Source: Heteronotia binoei
Lineage: Eukaryota
Direction: 5' to 3'
Assembly (NCBI RefSeq): GCF_032191835.1
Contig: NC_083223.1
Coordinates: 257,610,001 to 257,674,000 of the forward strand
DNA length: 64,000 nt
Shown: positions 8,826 through 19,807 of the stretch, piece after piece
Numbering within the stretch: the first letter of the stretch is position 1
Layout of the letters: the number at the start of each line of letters is the position of its first letter
Made by a program: the position numbers and the translations under genes
Notes under the pieces: model-generated
The model's database searches: none
What the model saw: only the letters and a program-made list of their open reading frames with translations
Told to the model about the DNA's origin: nothing

Positions 8826-10310
8826 ATCTAACAGGAGGCCTGGGTCCCGGAGCATGCCCAAGCAACAAGCCTGCCCCTTTAGGGGAAGTGCAATCCCATC
8901 CAGAACAGAGGAGAACCCATTTCCTGGGTCTAGGGTTGACAAATCCCCCTGGCCTCCCGTGGGGGAGGGTTGCCAGATCCAGCCTGGGAAACTTCCGAAA
9001 ATTTGGGGATGGAGTCTGGGGAAGTCAGGAACCTTAGTGGGGTATAATGCCACAGAGTCCTTACTCCAAAACATCCATTTTCTCCAGGAGAACTGATCTC
9101 TCTAGTCAGGAGATGCTGTAATTCCAGGGGATTCTCAGGTCCCAGCTGGAGACTGGCATCCCTAGTTCAGTTACACCACCCCTCAACAGTACTGCCTCCA
9201 TTTTGTTGGGATTAAGTTTCAGCTTGTTAGCCTTATCAATTCTGAAAGTGCCTGTAGGCACCTGTCCATGGCTTCCACAGCCTCCCTGGGATCTGCTGGC
9301 ACTGCAAGATGGAGTACGGTATTTCATATTCTACCCACGGCTATATTTAGTGGCCCATGAACATGTACAAACAAATGGTCTGTGTGCCTGCTTGCTATTC
9401 AGGTCTAAAGCATGTCCACCTTGCAACAATGCTTAGCAGTGAAAAGCAGCATAAACCTGTCTCCTCTCTATGGGCCAGTAAGAAAGATGCTTTTCATATT
9501 TTTAATTAGGAAGTTATTTGTTAAACTCCCATCTTCTAAAAAAGGCACTTTGCAAATCATGCACAAAACAAGAAATTAAGCATACATCTTCTATCAATAA
9601 ATAAACCGCTCAGAGCTCAATTGCTGGGCAAGAGGCAGGATAACAATGAAATGCAATTAATAATACATGAATAAAACCAACCAAATGGTCTATGCAGAAA
9701 GATCACACTGGGCTAAAAAAAAAAAAAAGGCCTTTCTGCAATTCAAAAAGGTTTGGCAAGCAGTCAAAAATATTACACATGCGTTGCTGAAAAGGGATGC
9801 GCGAGACTCGTGTGCAGGACTATTTTGTAATATGCAGTCACGGATGTTTTGACCAATCGTGTGAGAAAGCCCCTGAAGACGGAGTAAACAGAGGCTGCCT
9901 TTTGCAACTGTTAAAAAGTTGCAGTTAAGGCAGCTGAGCTCTCTTGGGAGTTTCCGCTTGCACGCAAACTGCACAGATGTTTCTACAGTTGCAAAGAGAT
10001 AGGCGCTCGAAGAAGGTGTCTCCCGCCTTCTCAGCCACTCACAGCTATTTCCTGCCTTTGCAAAGGAATGTAGTACGAAGCTGTTTTATACCGTGCCAGC
10101 CTACAGGGGCCATCTAACATTATTTAACAGAGATCTGCTTTAGGGTGATTTCTAGTGCATGTAATACAAATAGAAAGGCACTTACATACATTACATTCTC
10201 ACACATGTTACAGAATACATACATTTTTCCACACAATATTGTGTTTTATTTGTGTTGGGGAAAATACATGGATTAGAAAATTCACTTCTTTCCTAAGTCA
10301 TACTCGACTC

Positions 10311-10870
10311 TGAACAGCAATAGAACGAAGTTGGAGTCCAGTAGCACCTTTAAGACCAACTAAGTTTTATTCACAATGTAAGCTTTCATGTGTAAACACA
10401 CACTTCATCGGACAACAGTATGGGATGGAGTGAGTCCTACGTATATAGAGAGTGGGCAGTGAACTAGTATGCAAAATGGTGAAAACAGTTTTAGCAGATT
10501 AAAAGAATAGCAGTGGATATATACCGCTCAAGTGCGGGTTAAACTAACAACATCCTTTTCTAAGAATAGTTCTGTCAGAGAGATTTCTACTCTGTTATAT
10601 TGTATACTATCACAGACGTTATTCTGATACACTATTCTAAAAGAGAAATACAGTGGAATACAGTGGATGTAAATCTCTATTTGGTGAGGATGAGTTTAGC
10701 ATATGTAATTACACAAGAAACCAATATCCCTGTTCAGTCCTGGGGAGGTGTTTGTTCCAAGTTTCATAATAACTTGTAATTCAGCAGCTTCCCTTTCCAT
10801 TCTATTCTTGACATTCCTTTGCAGTAAAACAGCTACTCTGAGGTAACCAAATGAATGTCCTGGAAGGTTG
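10311..10870 (-). mobile_element. Penelope-like element 3' fragment (GIY-YIG endonuclease C-terminus plus terminal repeat)
   Basis: The minus frame HFNLPGHSFGYLRVAVLLQRNVKNRMEREAAELQVIMKLGT...GLNRDIGFL is typical of Penelope GIY-YIG C-termini. It is followed by the ctgatgaag...aataaaac...ggtcttaaaggtgctactggactc terminal motif. Confidence 0.8.
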
Positions 10871-10871
10871 A

Positions 10872-11466
10872 AGTGTAAAACATGCTGCTCGGGGGCCAAA
10901 GCAGCCCCCCAGAGGGCTCCTATCAGCTGCCCCCAAGCAACTGGCTGTTGTCTGCTTCCTTCTCTCTCTCTCTCTTGCTTCCTTCTGCATCACAGCACGT
11001 TTTCCCAGGCTTGCTCAATCGCACAGGAGCTACAGAGCAAAACCTCTATTTTCTCCACTGGCTGAGGCTCCTCTGTTGAGGAGGAGTGGAGGAAGAGCTT
11101 GCTTTGCCAGGCTCTCTCAATCGCACAGCACAGCTACTGAGCCAAGCCTCTCTCCTTTCTATTGGCTGAGATTCCTCCCCCTCCTGGTCCCTTGGGGAAA
11201 GAAGGAAAGAGCCAGAGCTTCTGTTGCCCAGTTCCCTGGATCTCTCCTGTGATACAAAGAAAGCACCTTTAAGACCAACAAGTGCTAATGTCTTAAGCAT
11301 GTTTTATTTTAAGTTTTTTAAAAAAAAATCTTTGTTTGTCAGTGTCCTTTATAGAATTTATATTTCTGCTATCTGGTGCTACATTTTATGACACACATGG
11401 CCCGGCCCAACAAGGTCTGATTTATTTCAGATCTGGCCCTCATAACAAATGAGTTCAACACCCCTG
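10872..11466 (+). mobile_element. hAT/Charlie-type MITE (left TIR eroded)
   Basis: Colinear with 6941-7514. Right TIR gagttcaacacccctg is intact. Confidence 0.75.
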
Positions 11467-14156
11467 TTCTCAATTCCAATGTATTTCTGTATTCTGATGT
11501 ATTTTTGTATTAGCATTTGAACACAGCAGAGTAGATTCCAGCTTCATTCTACAGAAAAATGTTATTTTATTCTTGCTTTAGAGGAGATCAATGAAACATT
11601 ACAACAGACTCCAGCTTATTACTTTTCACACTTAGGAGGCCTGGTGATGTGGACCTCAATCTCCAATTCTGATGTTTATTGCCTTTGCTATTTTTTCTGC
11701 CCAGTCAACCCAGGCTGACAATTGCCAGACCCCAACTAGCTATTCTTAATTTTCACTATTTTGCATACTAGTTCACTGCCCACTCTCTATATATGTAAGC
11801 CTAATTCCACCCCATACTGTTGTCTGATGAAGTGCGTTTTAGCACTTGAAAGCTTTCATTGTGAATAAAATTTTGCTGGTCTTAGCTGCTACTGGACTCC
11901 AGCTTTGCTCTATTGCTTCAGATCAACATGGCAGTTCACCTGGATGTATCTGAACAGCAGTGGGTCTCCAAGCTCTCAGGCAGAGAAAGGCTCCCCCACC
12001 CCCAACTTGGCCTACTTGACTTCCTCCATTGGGGAGGGATACCAGGGTGCCATCCTGGATCCTTCTGCATGCAAAGCTGCATGCAAATATAATTCCATAT
12101 AACCGCTGAGTTATATTTTCTTCCAAAATGGCAGCGGCCATATGAAGGTGCCTTCAACCATCTATTCTGACTGGCAGTGGCCTTCCAGGCCTCAGGCAGA
12201 GAAAGGTATTTCACAGAGCCTGCTACCTGAGGTACTTTTTACCTATACATACATACATACATAGATTTATGTAGAAAATATCTATGCCGCCATTCCAGAG
12301 AACCTGTTGGAGGTGGCTTGCAAAGTAAAGCATAACGTAACCACGAAGGGTGTTTGCAATTAATAAACTAAAACCTGGCATCAAAAAAATCCAGCTTTTT
12401 GCATAAACACAGCATATAACAGCGAGCAACTTGAAAGGAGCCTCGTAAAACACTTTGATGGCACACTACAAAAGTCATGTGGAAAGATCAGCCCCTTAAT
12501 TAAGAAGGCTGGGTAAGTAAGAACATTTTGGCCTGGCGCCTAGAAAGGGGCAGGCACAGTGTAAGCTTCACAGGGGAGGGTGTTCCAAAGGGAGAGGTGT
12601 CACTGGGGTTTCCCCCTACAGTCTTCTGCAAAATAAATGTACACAACGACATCCAAAAGTGTCTAAAACTTGGCCACCGGGATTCAGTTCTCACTGGAAT
12701 GTCCAAGTTTCATCTAACACATGGATTTGGCAAAATGGCCATTGTTTTTCAAGCTCCTAAACATGGGAGGGAGAGAAAGCAGCATGGTACATAGCTTGAT
12801 CTCGTTAGATCTCGGAAGCTAAGCAGGGTCAGTACTAGGATGGAAGACCACCACCAAGGAAGACTGCAGAGAAAGGCCATGGCAAACCACCCCTGCTTAA
12901 GCAGTTGCCTTGAAAACCCTTTGCTGGGGTAGCTGTGAACAGTGCTCCCTCTAAGCTGAGTTAGTGTGAGCTAACTCACAATTTTTTAGCTTCCAGCTCA
13001 CACATTTTTGTCTCCGCTCAGGAAAAATGACCCCAGAGCAAACTAATTGATGCAGTAGTTCACACCTTTAATACCAGTAACTTACAAAGTAGAATTTTTG
13101 CTCACAAGACTCCACAGCTTAGAGGGAGTATTAGCTGTGAGTCGGCTACAACTTGGCGGTCCTTCACACATACACACACACAAATTGGAGTTTATGGAAA
13201 CCTGCCGCCCATAAAAGTTGTCTAGGCTCCTTCTCTGAATTTCCAGCTTTCATTGTTTTTAACACTATGTTTTTACCTCTCTTGTTTTGGAAGAGATAGA
13301 AATAAACAAGAAAGGTGGGCAATTCCATTTAGAACTACTAGAGCTGTTCCCGCTTTCTGTATTCTGGCTAATAAGCACAAAAGCACTGCAGTGATAAATC
13401 CTAAACTACCTGTCAGTCAGGGTGTTGTTGTTGTTTTTTTAAATTAAAATTTGATTTTCACCAAAATGAATTAAGACATACTGTCAATTCAACACAGTAA
13501 ATGAGTGTATGCAAGCGTTTGCAGTTTCACCAGCCAACCCCACCCCTCCACAAATGTGAAAAAAAATACCCACTTTCTCTATATTTAGGACGGCTTGCTA
13601 TTCCATTTTTGATGAAGTCTGCTTACAGCATACGAAAGCTTACATTCTGAATAAAACTTAGTTGGTCTTAAAGGTGCCACTTGTCTACTGCTTTGTGAAA
13701 AAAAATTCTGGCAAAGGGAACTGGTCACCTGACTTTAGATTCCACATCCCCCCCCCCCCCCCCAATATGAAAGGGGCTAGAGCTCTTCCTTCACACACGT
13801 GCCATTGTAAAAAACTGGCTCTTGCATCCCCAGAATTTATTTATTTGTGCAATCATAATTATGATCATTAAACATGTGCGATGTTGTTTTTCCTACCGGT
13901 GCCTGTGGCAGGCAAGGCTGTTTTGGATGCATAAGGAGCTGTCCAGCTGTCCTCGGGCGCTGTTTTATACCAGCCCCTCGGTCCATTTAGCACTGGGCAG
14001 TCTCCTCTGACCCGCAGCTGCTCTCCAAAGACCGTCCCCTGAGGCTCCTTTTACTGAGAGATGCCAAGGGCCGAACCTGGGATCTTGCGTTTGCCAAGCC
14101 AGGGCCACTGAGCCATGCCCCACCCTGGCAGGGTTGTTTCCTGCCCCCAGCCTCAC

Positions 14157-14243
14157 CTGCGGCTGCTCCCAAGTTTTCTCTTGCTGCAGGCGGGTGGATC
14201 TTCTCAGAGGGGTGTCCCCCCTCGCAGGCTCTCTCTTCCTCAT
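14157..14243 (-). CDS. Candidate first coding exon of an unidentified gene (MRKREPARGDTPLRRSTRLQQEKTWEQPQ)
   Basis: ATG in good context (caagATGA) inside a CpG-rich, TE-free patch. 29 codons end at a consensus donor CAG|GTGAGG in phase 0. No protein family was recognised. Confidence 0.4.
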
Positions 14244-14520
14244 CTTGCGTCAGGATAAGCGAAAGGGCCCCCCCTCCGGAGATGCCCACCGGCGGCACGC
14301 TCTCGCTCCCGCTCCCTCCCCAAAAAGGGCTGTTCCAAAGTCCCACTGAAACTTTCCGGCTCCGCTCCAACCACGCAGAGACGTTAAGAGTTTCAAACCT
14401 GCTGGATGGGTTTGAAATGACAGCTAGCAATTGGCTGGCGGGCTAGCTGGGCTGTTCTTAGGCTTCGTCCGCCAGCCGACTCCTAGCGGCTGCTATCAGA
14501 AGGCAGGGAGGCAGGCGAAC
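14244..14520 (-). promoter_or_regulatory. Candidate CpG-rich promoter with CCAAT, TTTGAAA (CHR-like) and ETS-like motifs
   Basis: Minus-strand CCAAT at ~14430-14434, inverted pair tttcaaacc/ggtttgaaa at ~14391-14417, ccggaaag at ~14352-14359, locally high CpG. Confidence 0.45.
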
Positions 14521-14537
14521 AAGAATGCCAGTGAGTG

Positions 14538-14994
14538 AGTGAGTGCATACTGCCGATGGACCTTTCGAGGCACAATAAACATTTAATGATACACAAGGTT
14601 GGAAGCACCATGAAGCTCCGAGGAAGCAAGACTCGATCAAGAAAGTATTAGAAATAGCCTGAATAGATGTATTGGCGCTTCGCCTTAAAGGTAAATTATC
14701 AAGTGATGAAGAAAATCCTTGGAAACTTTTCTCTGATTGGCTTAATGCACAATTATGATTTTGTATATGATCTGGGACACTTTTCTGTATATTCCTCAGT
14801 TCTGATATTATAAAATTATACTAGCAAATTATTAGTTATCATCTATAGATTATAAATTTTCTAGAAACTAAGAATATGATCTTCAATCTAGTGATGCAGA
14901 GCATTTGTTGTCGAAATCATTTTATTTCCCCTTTTCCATTCTGTATCTCCCTATCCTGTTTTCCCTTAAAATTCTAATAAAAATATATGAAACA
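14538..14994 (+). mobile_element. 5'-truncated L1/Tx1-clade LINE
   Basis: 17-bp TSD aagaa(t/c)gccagtgagtg (14521-14537, 14995-15011). Decayed ORF2 C-terminus WKHHEAP...IKKVLEIA*IDVLALRLKGK...WKLFSDWL, and an A-rich end with AATAAA. Confidence 0.75.
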
Positions 14995-16439
14995 AAGAAC
15001 GCCAGTGAGTGTAACGAGACTGCTGGGTCTGTAGGTCTTGCGCTGGAGCAAAGACAGAAGCCGAGCACCCCAGTCCTGTGACAGGTCCAAATGAGAACAA
15101 TCCCCCCCACACCCAGTTTTCCGGCTGCCGTCAAAGGGGGTGTCTTAAGGAGGGGAGGCAGCAGCCAGAGAATCCCTCCACCAAGCCAGGATCCACGTCC
15201 AGAGTGTGGTTAGTGGGAAGTGCCCTCAGGTCACAGTTGGCTTATGGCAACCCCGTGCGGTTTTTGAAGTCAGGAGACAAATAGAGGGGTTTTTGCCATT
15301 GCCTGCCTCCATGTCACAACCCCAGGAATCCTGGGAAGTCTCCCATCCAACTACTAGCCAAAGCCAACCCTGCTTAGCTAAACTGACAGAAATCTGACAT
15401 TAAAACAACAACAACAACATAATACTCAAAAAGCACTTGGGAGAACACTATAATATGCTGGGTCATTCCATTGCTGATCTAAGAGTAGCAATCCTCAAAC
15501 ACGGATGCTTCAAGGGGAGATTACAAGGTGAGATCACTGGATTTCATTCACAAATTCAGAACGATGGACTCCCTGCCCCCCCCCATCAGTCTTTACACAG
15601 TGAGTGGTTAAAATGTGGAATTTGCTGCCTAGAGGAGGTAATGATGATCCAGGCACAGACAGCTTTAAAAGGGGATTAGATAGATTTGTGGAAGATAATT
15701 CTGTCAGTGGCCACTAGCCATGATGACTAAAGGGAACCTCCACATTCAGAGGCAGTCCACCTCTGAATTCCAACGCCAGGAGGCAGCATCAGGAAAAGGC
15801 CTTGGCTTCTATGCCCAGTTCCTGGACAGAATGCTGAACTAAATCAACCTCTGATCTGATTCAGCAGAGCTCTTATGTTGTTATGTTCAGGGCTGAATAA
15901 GGACATAAGATTTCTCTGTCACTACAGATGCTAATTTTCTGCCCTCCAAGCATTTCCCCTCTGCTCTAATCAAGCTGTGCATTGTACGTTTGCATCACCC
16001 CTCCCACCTTTTGACTGGAATACAAGGACTCTGAGATCTCCATTCCAGCTGGCAGGGCTTTTTTTGTAGCAGGAACTCCTTTGCATGCTAAGCCACACAC
16101 CCCTGATGTAGCCAATCCTCCTTACAGTAGGCCCTGTGCTAAGAGCCCTGAAAGCTCTTGGAGGATTGGTTACATCAGGGGCGTGTGTGGCCTAAGATGC
16201 AAAAGAGTTCCTGCCACAAGACATGCACATCAGATGTTTGAGAGCCACAAATAGATGGGGGAAGGGGAGGTGGAAAGAAAGCAACTTTAAATGCCTTTTC
16301 CAAGCTGGCCGATGAGATGGTGGAAGCCTCCAGAGCCACTCAATGTGTGTGAAAGAGCTCGCTATGTGGCTCGCTAGCTGCATTTTGACCACCCCTGTTA
16401 GCACGACTCCCAGTAACTATAGAAACTGAATCTCCGCCT

Positions 16440-16900
16440 CTTCTTCCTATGGAGGACTTCCAGAAGAAGTTCCACCAATCGACGCTAACGGCCAAGAGTC
16501 AACGGACGGTCTCCGAGATGTTACGTCGACGCAGCTCCTCCAATCAAAAAGTCGAGAGCGGTTCGTGATTGACAAAGAAGGGGTAGGCCAATGGGAGAAT
16601 ACATTAGGACAGCAAAAGACCCACCCTCCGTCTCTGTCTCCCGTCTCTGTTTTCAAGGTAAGCCCATTCAAAACCAGTTGAATAAAGATTGGACGAGCGC
16701 GACCCCAGGCCAAGAAAGCGATCCAATGAGCGCCGCGAGTGGGCGGGCAGGCGGAGAGCCAGTCGGGAGGAGGGGAGAGTGACAGATGGGCACCGCAAAG
16801 CCTCGCCTTTCGATGTGGCGGGAGAGAAGTGACAGGGAAGAGCAGCCAATCAGGAGGGAGGGGGCGGGTCCCTCGAGGCCTCTGCTTTGTGGTGGGTAAG
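16440..16900 (+). promoter_or_regulatory. ZBTB3: CpG-island promoter of ZBTB3 with clustered CCAAT boxes
   Basis: CCAAT at 16475, 16540, 16588, 16723 and 16846, ATTGG at 16688, GC box near 16860. Consensus donors after 16657 (AAG|gtaagc) and 16895 (TGG|gtaagt); acceptor before 18362. Confidence 0.7.
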
Positions 16901-17789
16901 TGGGGGGAAAAGAAGGGGTTCTCCAGCAACACCCAACGCACCCCATGCTGGGGGGAGGAAAAAAGGGTGCCTTCCTTCATATTTGTATTATATGCTGAAA
17001 GAAGGAAACTCGTGAAATCCCCTGCGGGGGGGCCTGGGGAGGCCATGTAGAGGGGGGTCAAGGTGGGGGAGGGGTGGACCAGGGAGAACTGTCTTTGGGA
17101 AGGGGGTCCTCATGGGGGGCAGCTATAATGGGGTTAGGGTTATGGGGGAAGCAGAGGAAAAACGCAGATGCGGGGGGGAAGGGGAGAACCCGCCCAAGGT
17201 TCAGGAGGGGAGATTCATTATGTGGGGAATTGGAACATAACAGGCAGGTATTATTTGGGAGCACACCAGAACATAGGCTGAAGGCAAGTGGGTGTGGGGA
17301 TTCATTACAGAGAGAATTTTTAAGGGATGGAAGGGTTGGGTGCTAAGGAGGGGTCTGGTAAGAGGAGCTTAGAGTAAGGGACATTCTTGTTGGGAGCACA
17401 ATTTGGGTGAATTGGTAATTGAGGGGAAAACATCCTTATAAAGGAAATATGGTGTGTGTGGGGGGGGGGAGATTCCAACAGACTGGCAGCAGATATCTAG
17501 ATAAAGAGGACCCATAGCAATGCATTTGTGCTAATTATTGAAGACAGGCATACAGGTACTGGGAACAGCATGGGCTCATTTGGGATGCTTTGGAAAGGTG
17601 CTCAAGTTATGCTGACTGCCGGGAGTAAAATTTGTGGAGGGATCTGGGAGGAGAAAAGCCTTGGCATCGGCTGTCTAGCTTAACAAGCATTTGGGTCAGA
17701 GAGGTTGTAGTACCCCAAATGAAAGAGATGGAGGATTGGAGTGAGAAATCTCTAGGCAAGTTCGAAGTAAAAATTTCTACCTTTCTGCT

Positions 17790-17990
17790 CTAGGCCAGGC
17801 AAGCTTGATCTTGTCAGATCTCAGAAGCTAAGCAGGGTTGACTTAGATGGTACTTAGATGGGAGATCTCCTTGAAATACCAACAGTTGGGAGGACAGGGG
17901 CGGACAGGGGCAGGCTTTATTCAGCCTCCACTCTAAATAACCTCCAGGCCCCCAATAGGGGTCAGTCACCAGAAGCTGCCATGACTTCCA
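17790..17990 (+). mobile_element. 5S rRNA-derived SINE (representative copy; others at ~12.79-13.18, 23.77-23.95, 32.06-32.44 and 52.82-53.02 kb)
   Basis: gatcttgtcagatctcagaagctaagcaggg...tacttagatgggaga matches the 5S rRNA internal promoter region, followed by a non-5S tail. Confidence 0.7.
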
Positions 17991-18412
17991 GGTGTGTGTG
18001 CACATATATATACAGACATATAAGTACAAAAATAAAAGTTCTACCTTTCTGCCCCTCAGACAGCAAAAGGCAAAGGTTGGTCGCTTGAAGGTAGAGCCCC
18101 AGATAGCAGAGGTGAGGATGCTGTCCCAGAAAGGCCCCCACGTCATTTTTAAAGCCTCTCAGGTAGTCTTGCTGGGAAAACTGCTCTGGAGACCTGCTGC
18201 CAGACAGAGGAGATCATTTGGGCTAGATGAACTAATAATATAAGCTAACTGTTCAACTTGCCTTGGATTCCAGAATGTGGCCCAAGGTCTGGAAATGTAA
18301 CTTTTCACAGCCCTTGTAATGAAGTTACTAAGTGTCTCCTCCTTTTTCCTTGCATCCCAAGGGCATAAAGGTATGCCATTAGTGTCTCCACAATCCTGAA
18401 AGGACCGCTACC

Positions 18413-19807
18413 ATGGATTTCCCCGACCACAGCAAGAACCTGTTGCGGAGCCTGCGGGACCAGCAACACGAGGGTTTCCTTTGCGACTGCACGGTGCTGG
18501 TGGGCAACACCCAATTCCTGGCCCACCGGGCCGTGCTAGCCTCGTGCAGTGCCTTCTTTCACATGTTCTACAAGGAAGGGCTGGACAAGGGGGACTTGGT
18601 GTGCATCAACAATGAGATTGTCACGGCCCCGGCGTTTGGACTGCTCCTGGAATTCATGTACCAAGGCAGCCTGTCCTTCAGTGACACTCCAGTGGAGGAC
18701 GTCCTGGCTGCTGCCAGCTACCTGCACATGAACGACATTGTGAAAGTGTGTAAGAAGAAACTGCAGGCCCGGGCTTTGACTGAAGCAGACAGCACCAAGA
18801 AGGAAGAAGATTCCCCAGCCAGTTCAGAACTTCTACCCAGCACCTCCAAGTGCCAGCCACTGGCCCCTGAGGCACAGTCATTGCCCCCACTCCCTCAGCC
18901 TTGTGAAGCAGAGACGAAAAACACAGAGGAGCGGAAGGGAGGAGAGAAAGCCAGTTCTGATGAACTGCTGGCCTCCACGCTAGACGTTGCAGACACCACC
19001 CAGCCTGGCATGGAGGGCGATTCCCCACATGCCCTTCCCCCAACCAGACCCCTTCCACCAGCTGTCATTGACATCTCCCTCTCCAGCCCCAGCAGTTCTA
19101 CCGAAACCATCTCACACAGCTGTTTTCCCCTGGGGAACATTGCTGAGGGCCCTACCAGTATGGACACTGCTCCGGAGAAGTATGCGGAACAGCTGGAAGG
19201 CAGCGTCGGTGTAGTTTGCCAAAAGGAGCCAAACAGGTCCTCCATCAAAGTCAAAATGGAAGCCATTGTGATCTCTGATGAGGAGCCAGACACAGCTGAG
19301 CAGCTGGAGGGGCAGAACCCAGAGGAGAGGCTGGAGAGTGTCTTCCAGCGGCCTACTATGGAAGCAGGGTCAGTTGGAGGCTGCAGCCGGCATCTGGACA
19401 ACTTTGCAGAGCCTGGTGGGCTAGAGGAAGTATCTTCAGAGGGTGCCTTCCTGCCTCAGGAAACTGTACCCTATCATATGATCCCTGTGCCCAGCGGGCA
19501 AAGTTTCTCCAACATGGCGATTCCGCCTCTGCACGAGCAGATGTATCTACAGGACTATGAGGTTCACCCTAACTTTGGCATCTTCACTGAGGACATGCCC
19601 ACTTGTAAGACATGCGGAAAGACCTTCTCCTGCTCCTACACACTCCGGCGCCATGCCACAGTCCACACACGGGAGCGTCCCTATGAATGCCGCTACTGCA
19701 TGCGCAGCTACACCCAATCTGGAGACCTCTACCGGCACATTCGGAAGGCACACAATGCAGACCTGGCAGCCAAACGTTGCAAACAGGATGTGGAGAATCC
19801 CTCGTAG
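18413..19807 (+). CDS. ZBTB3: Zinc finger and BTB domain-containing protein 3 (464 aa, single coding exon)
   Basis: N-terminal BTB ([46 protein letters not shown]...[14 protein letters not shown]). Two C2H2 fingers ([21 protein letters not shown]; [22 protein letters not shown]) nearly identical to mammalian ZBTB3 as I recall it. Confidence 0.96.
   Translation: MDFPDHSKNLLRSLRDQQHEGFLCDCTVLVGNTQFLAHRAVLASCSAFFHMFYKEGLDKGDLVCINNEIVTAPAFGLLLEFMYQGSLSFSDTPVEDVLAAASYLHMNDIVKVCKKKLQARALTEADSTKKEEDSPASSELLPSTSKCQPLAPEAQSLPPLPQPCEAETKNTEERKGGEKASSDELLASTLDVADTTQPGMEGDSPHALPPTRPLPPAVIDISLSSPSSSTETISHSCFPLGNIAEGPTSMDTAPEKYAEQLEGSVGVVCQKEPNRSSIKVKMEAIVISDEEPDTAEQLEGQNPEERLESVFQRPTMEAGSVGGCSRHLDNFAEPGGLEEVSSEGAFLPQETVPYHMIPVPSGQSFSNMAIPPLHEQMYLQDYEVHPNFGIFTEDMPTCKTCGKTFSCSYTLRRHATVHTRERPYECRYCMRSYTQSGDLYRHIRKAHNADLAAKRCKQDVENPS

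Noticed and set aside
16447-17346. Overlapping ORFs up to 204 aa in the ZBTB3 CpG island
   Set aside because: Low-complexity GC-rich promoter and intron sequence, no domain, mostly non-ATG starts.
17790-17880. Possible 5S rRNA genes (several sites)
   Set aside because: Partial, diverged, lacking the 5S 5' end and T-run terminator, and fused to a SINE tail.
6431-18412. POLR2G or TTC9C exons expected from mammalian synteny
   Set aside because: Searched by eye for their peptide motifs and found none in the window. They may lie outside it.
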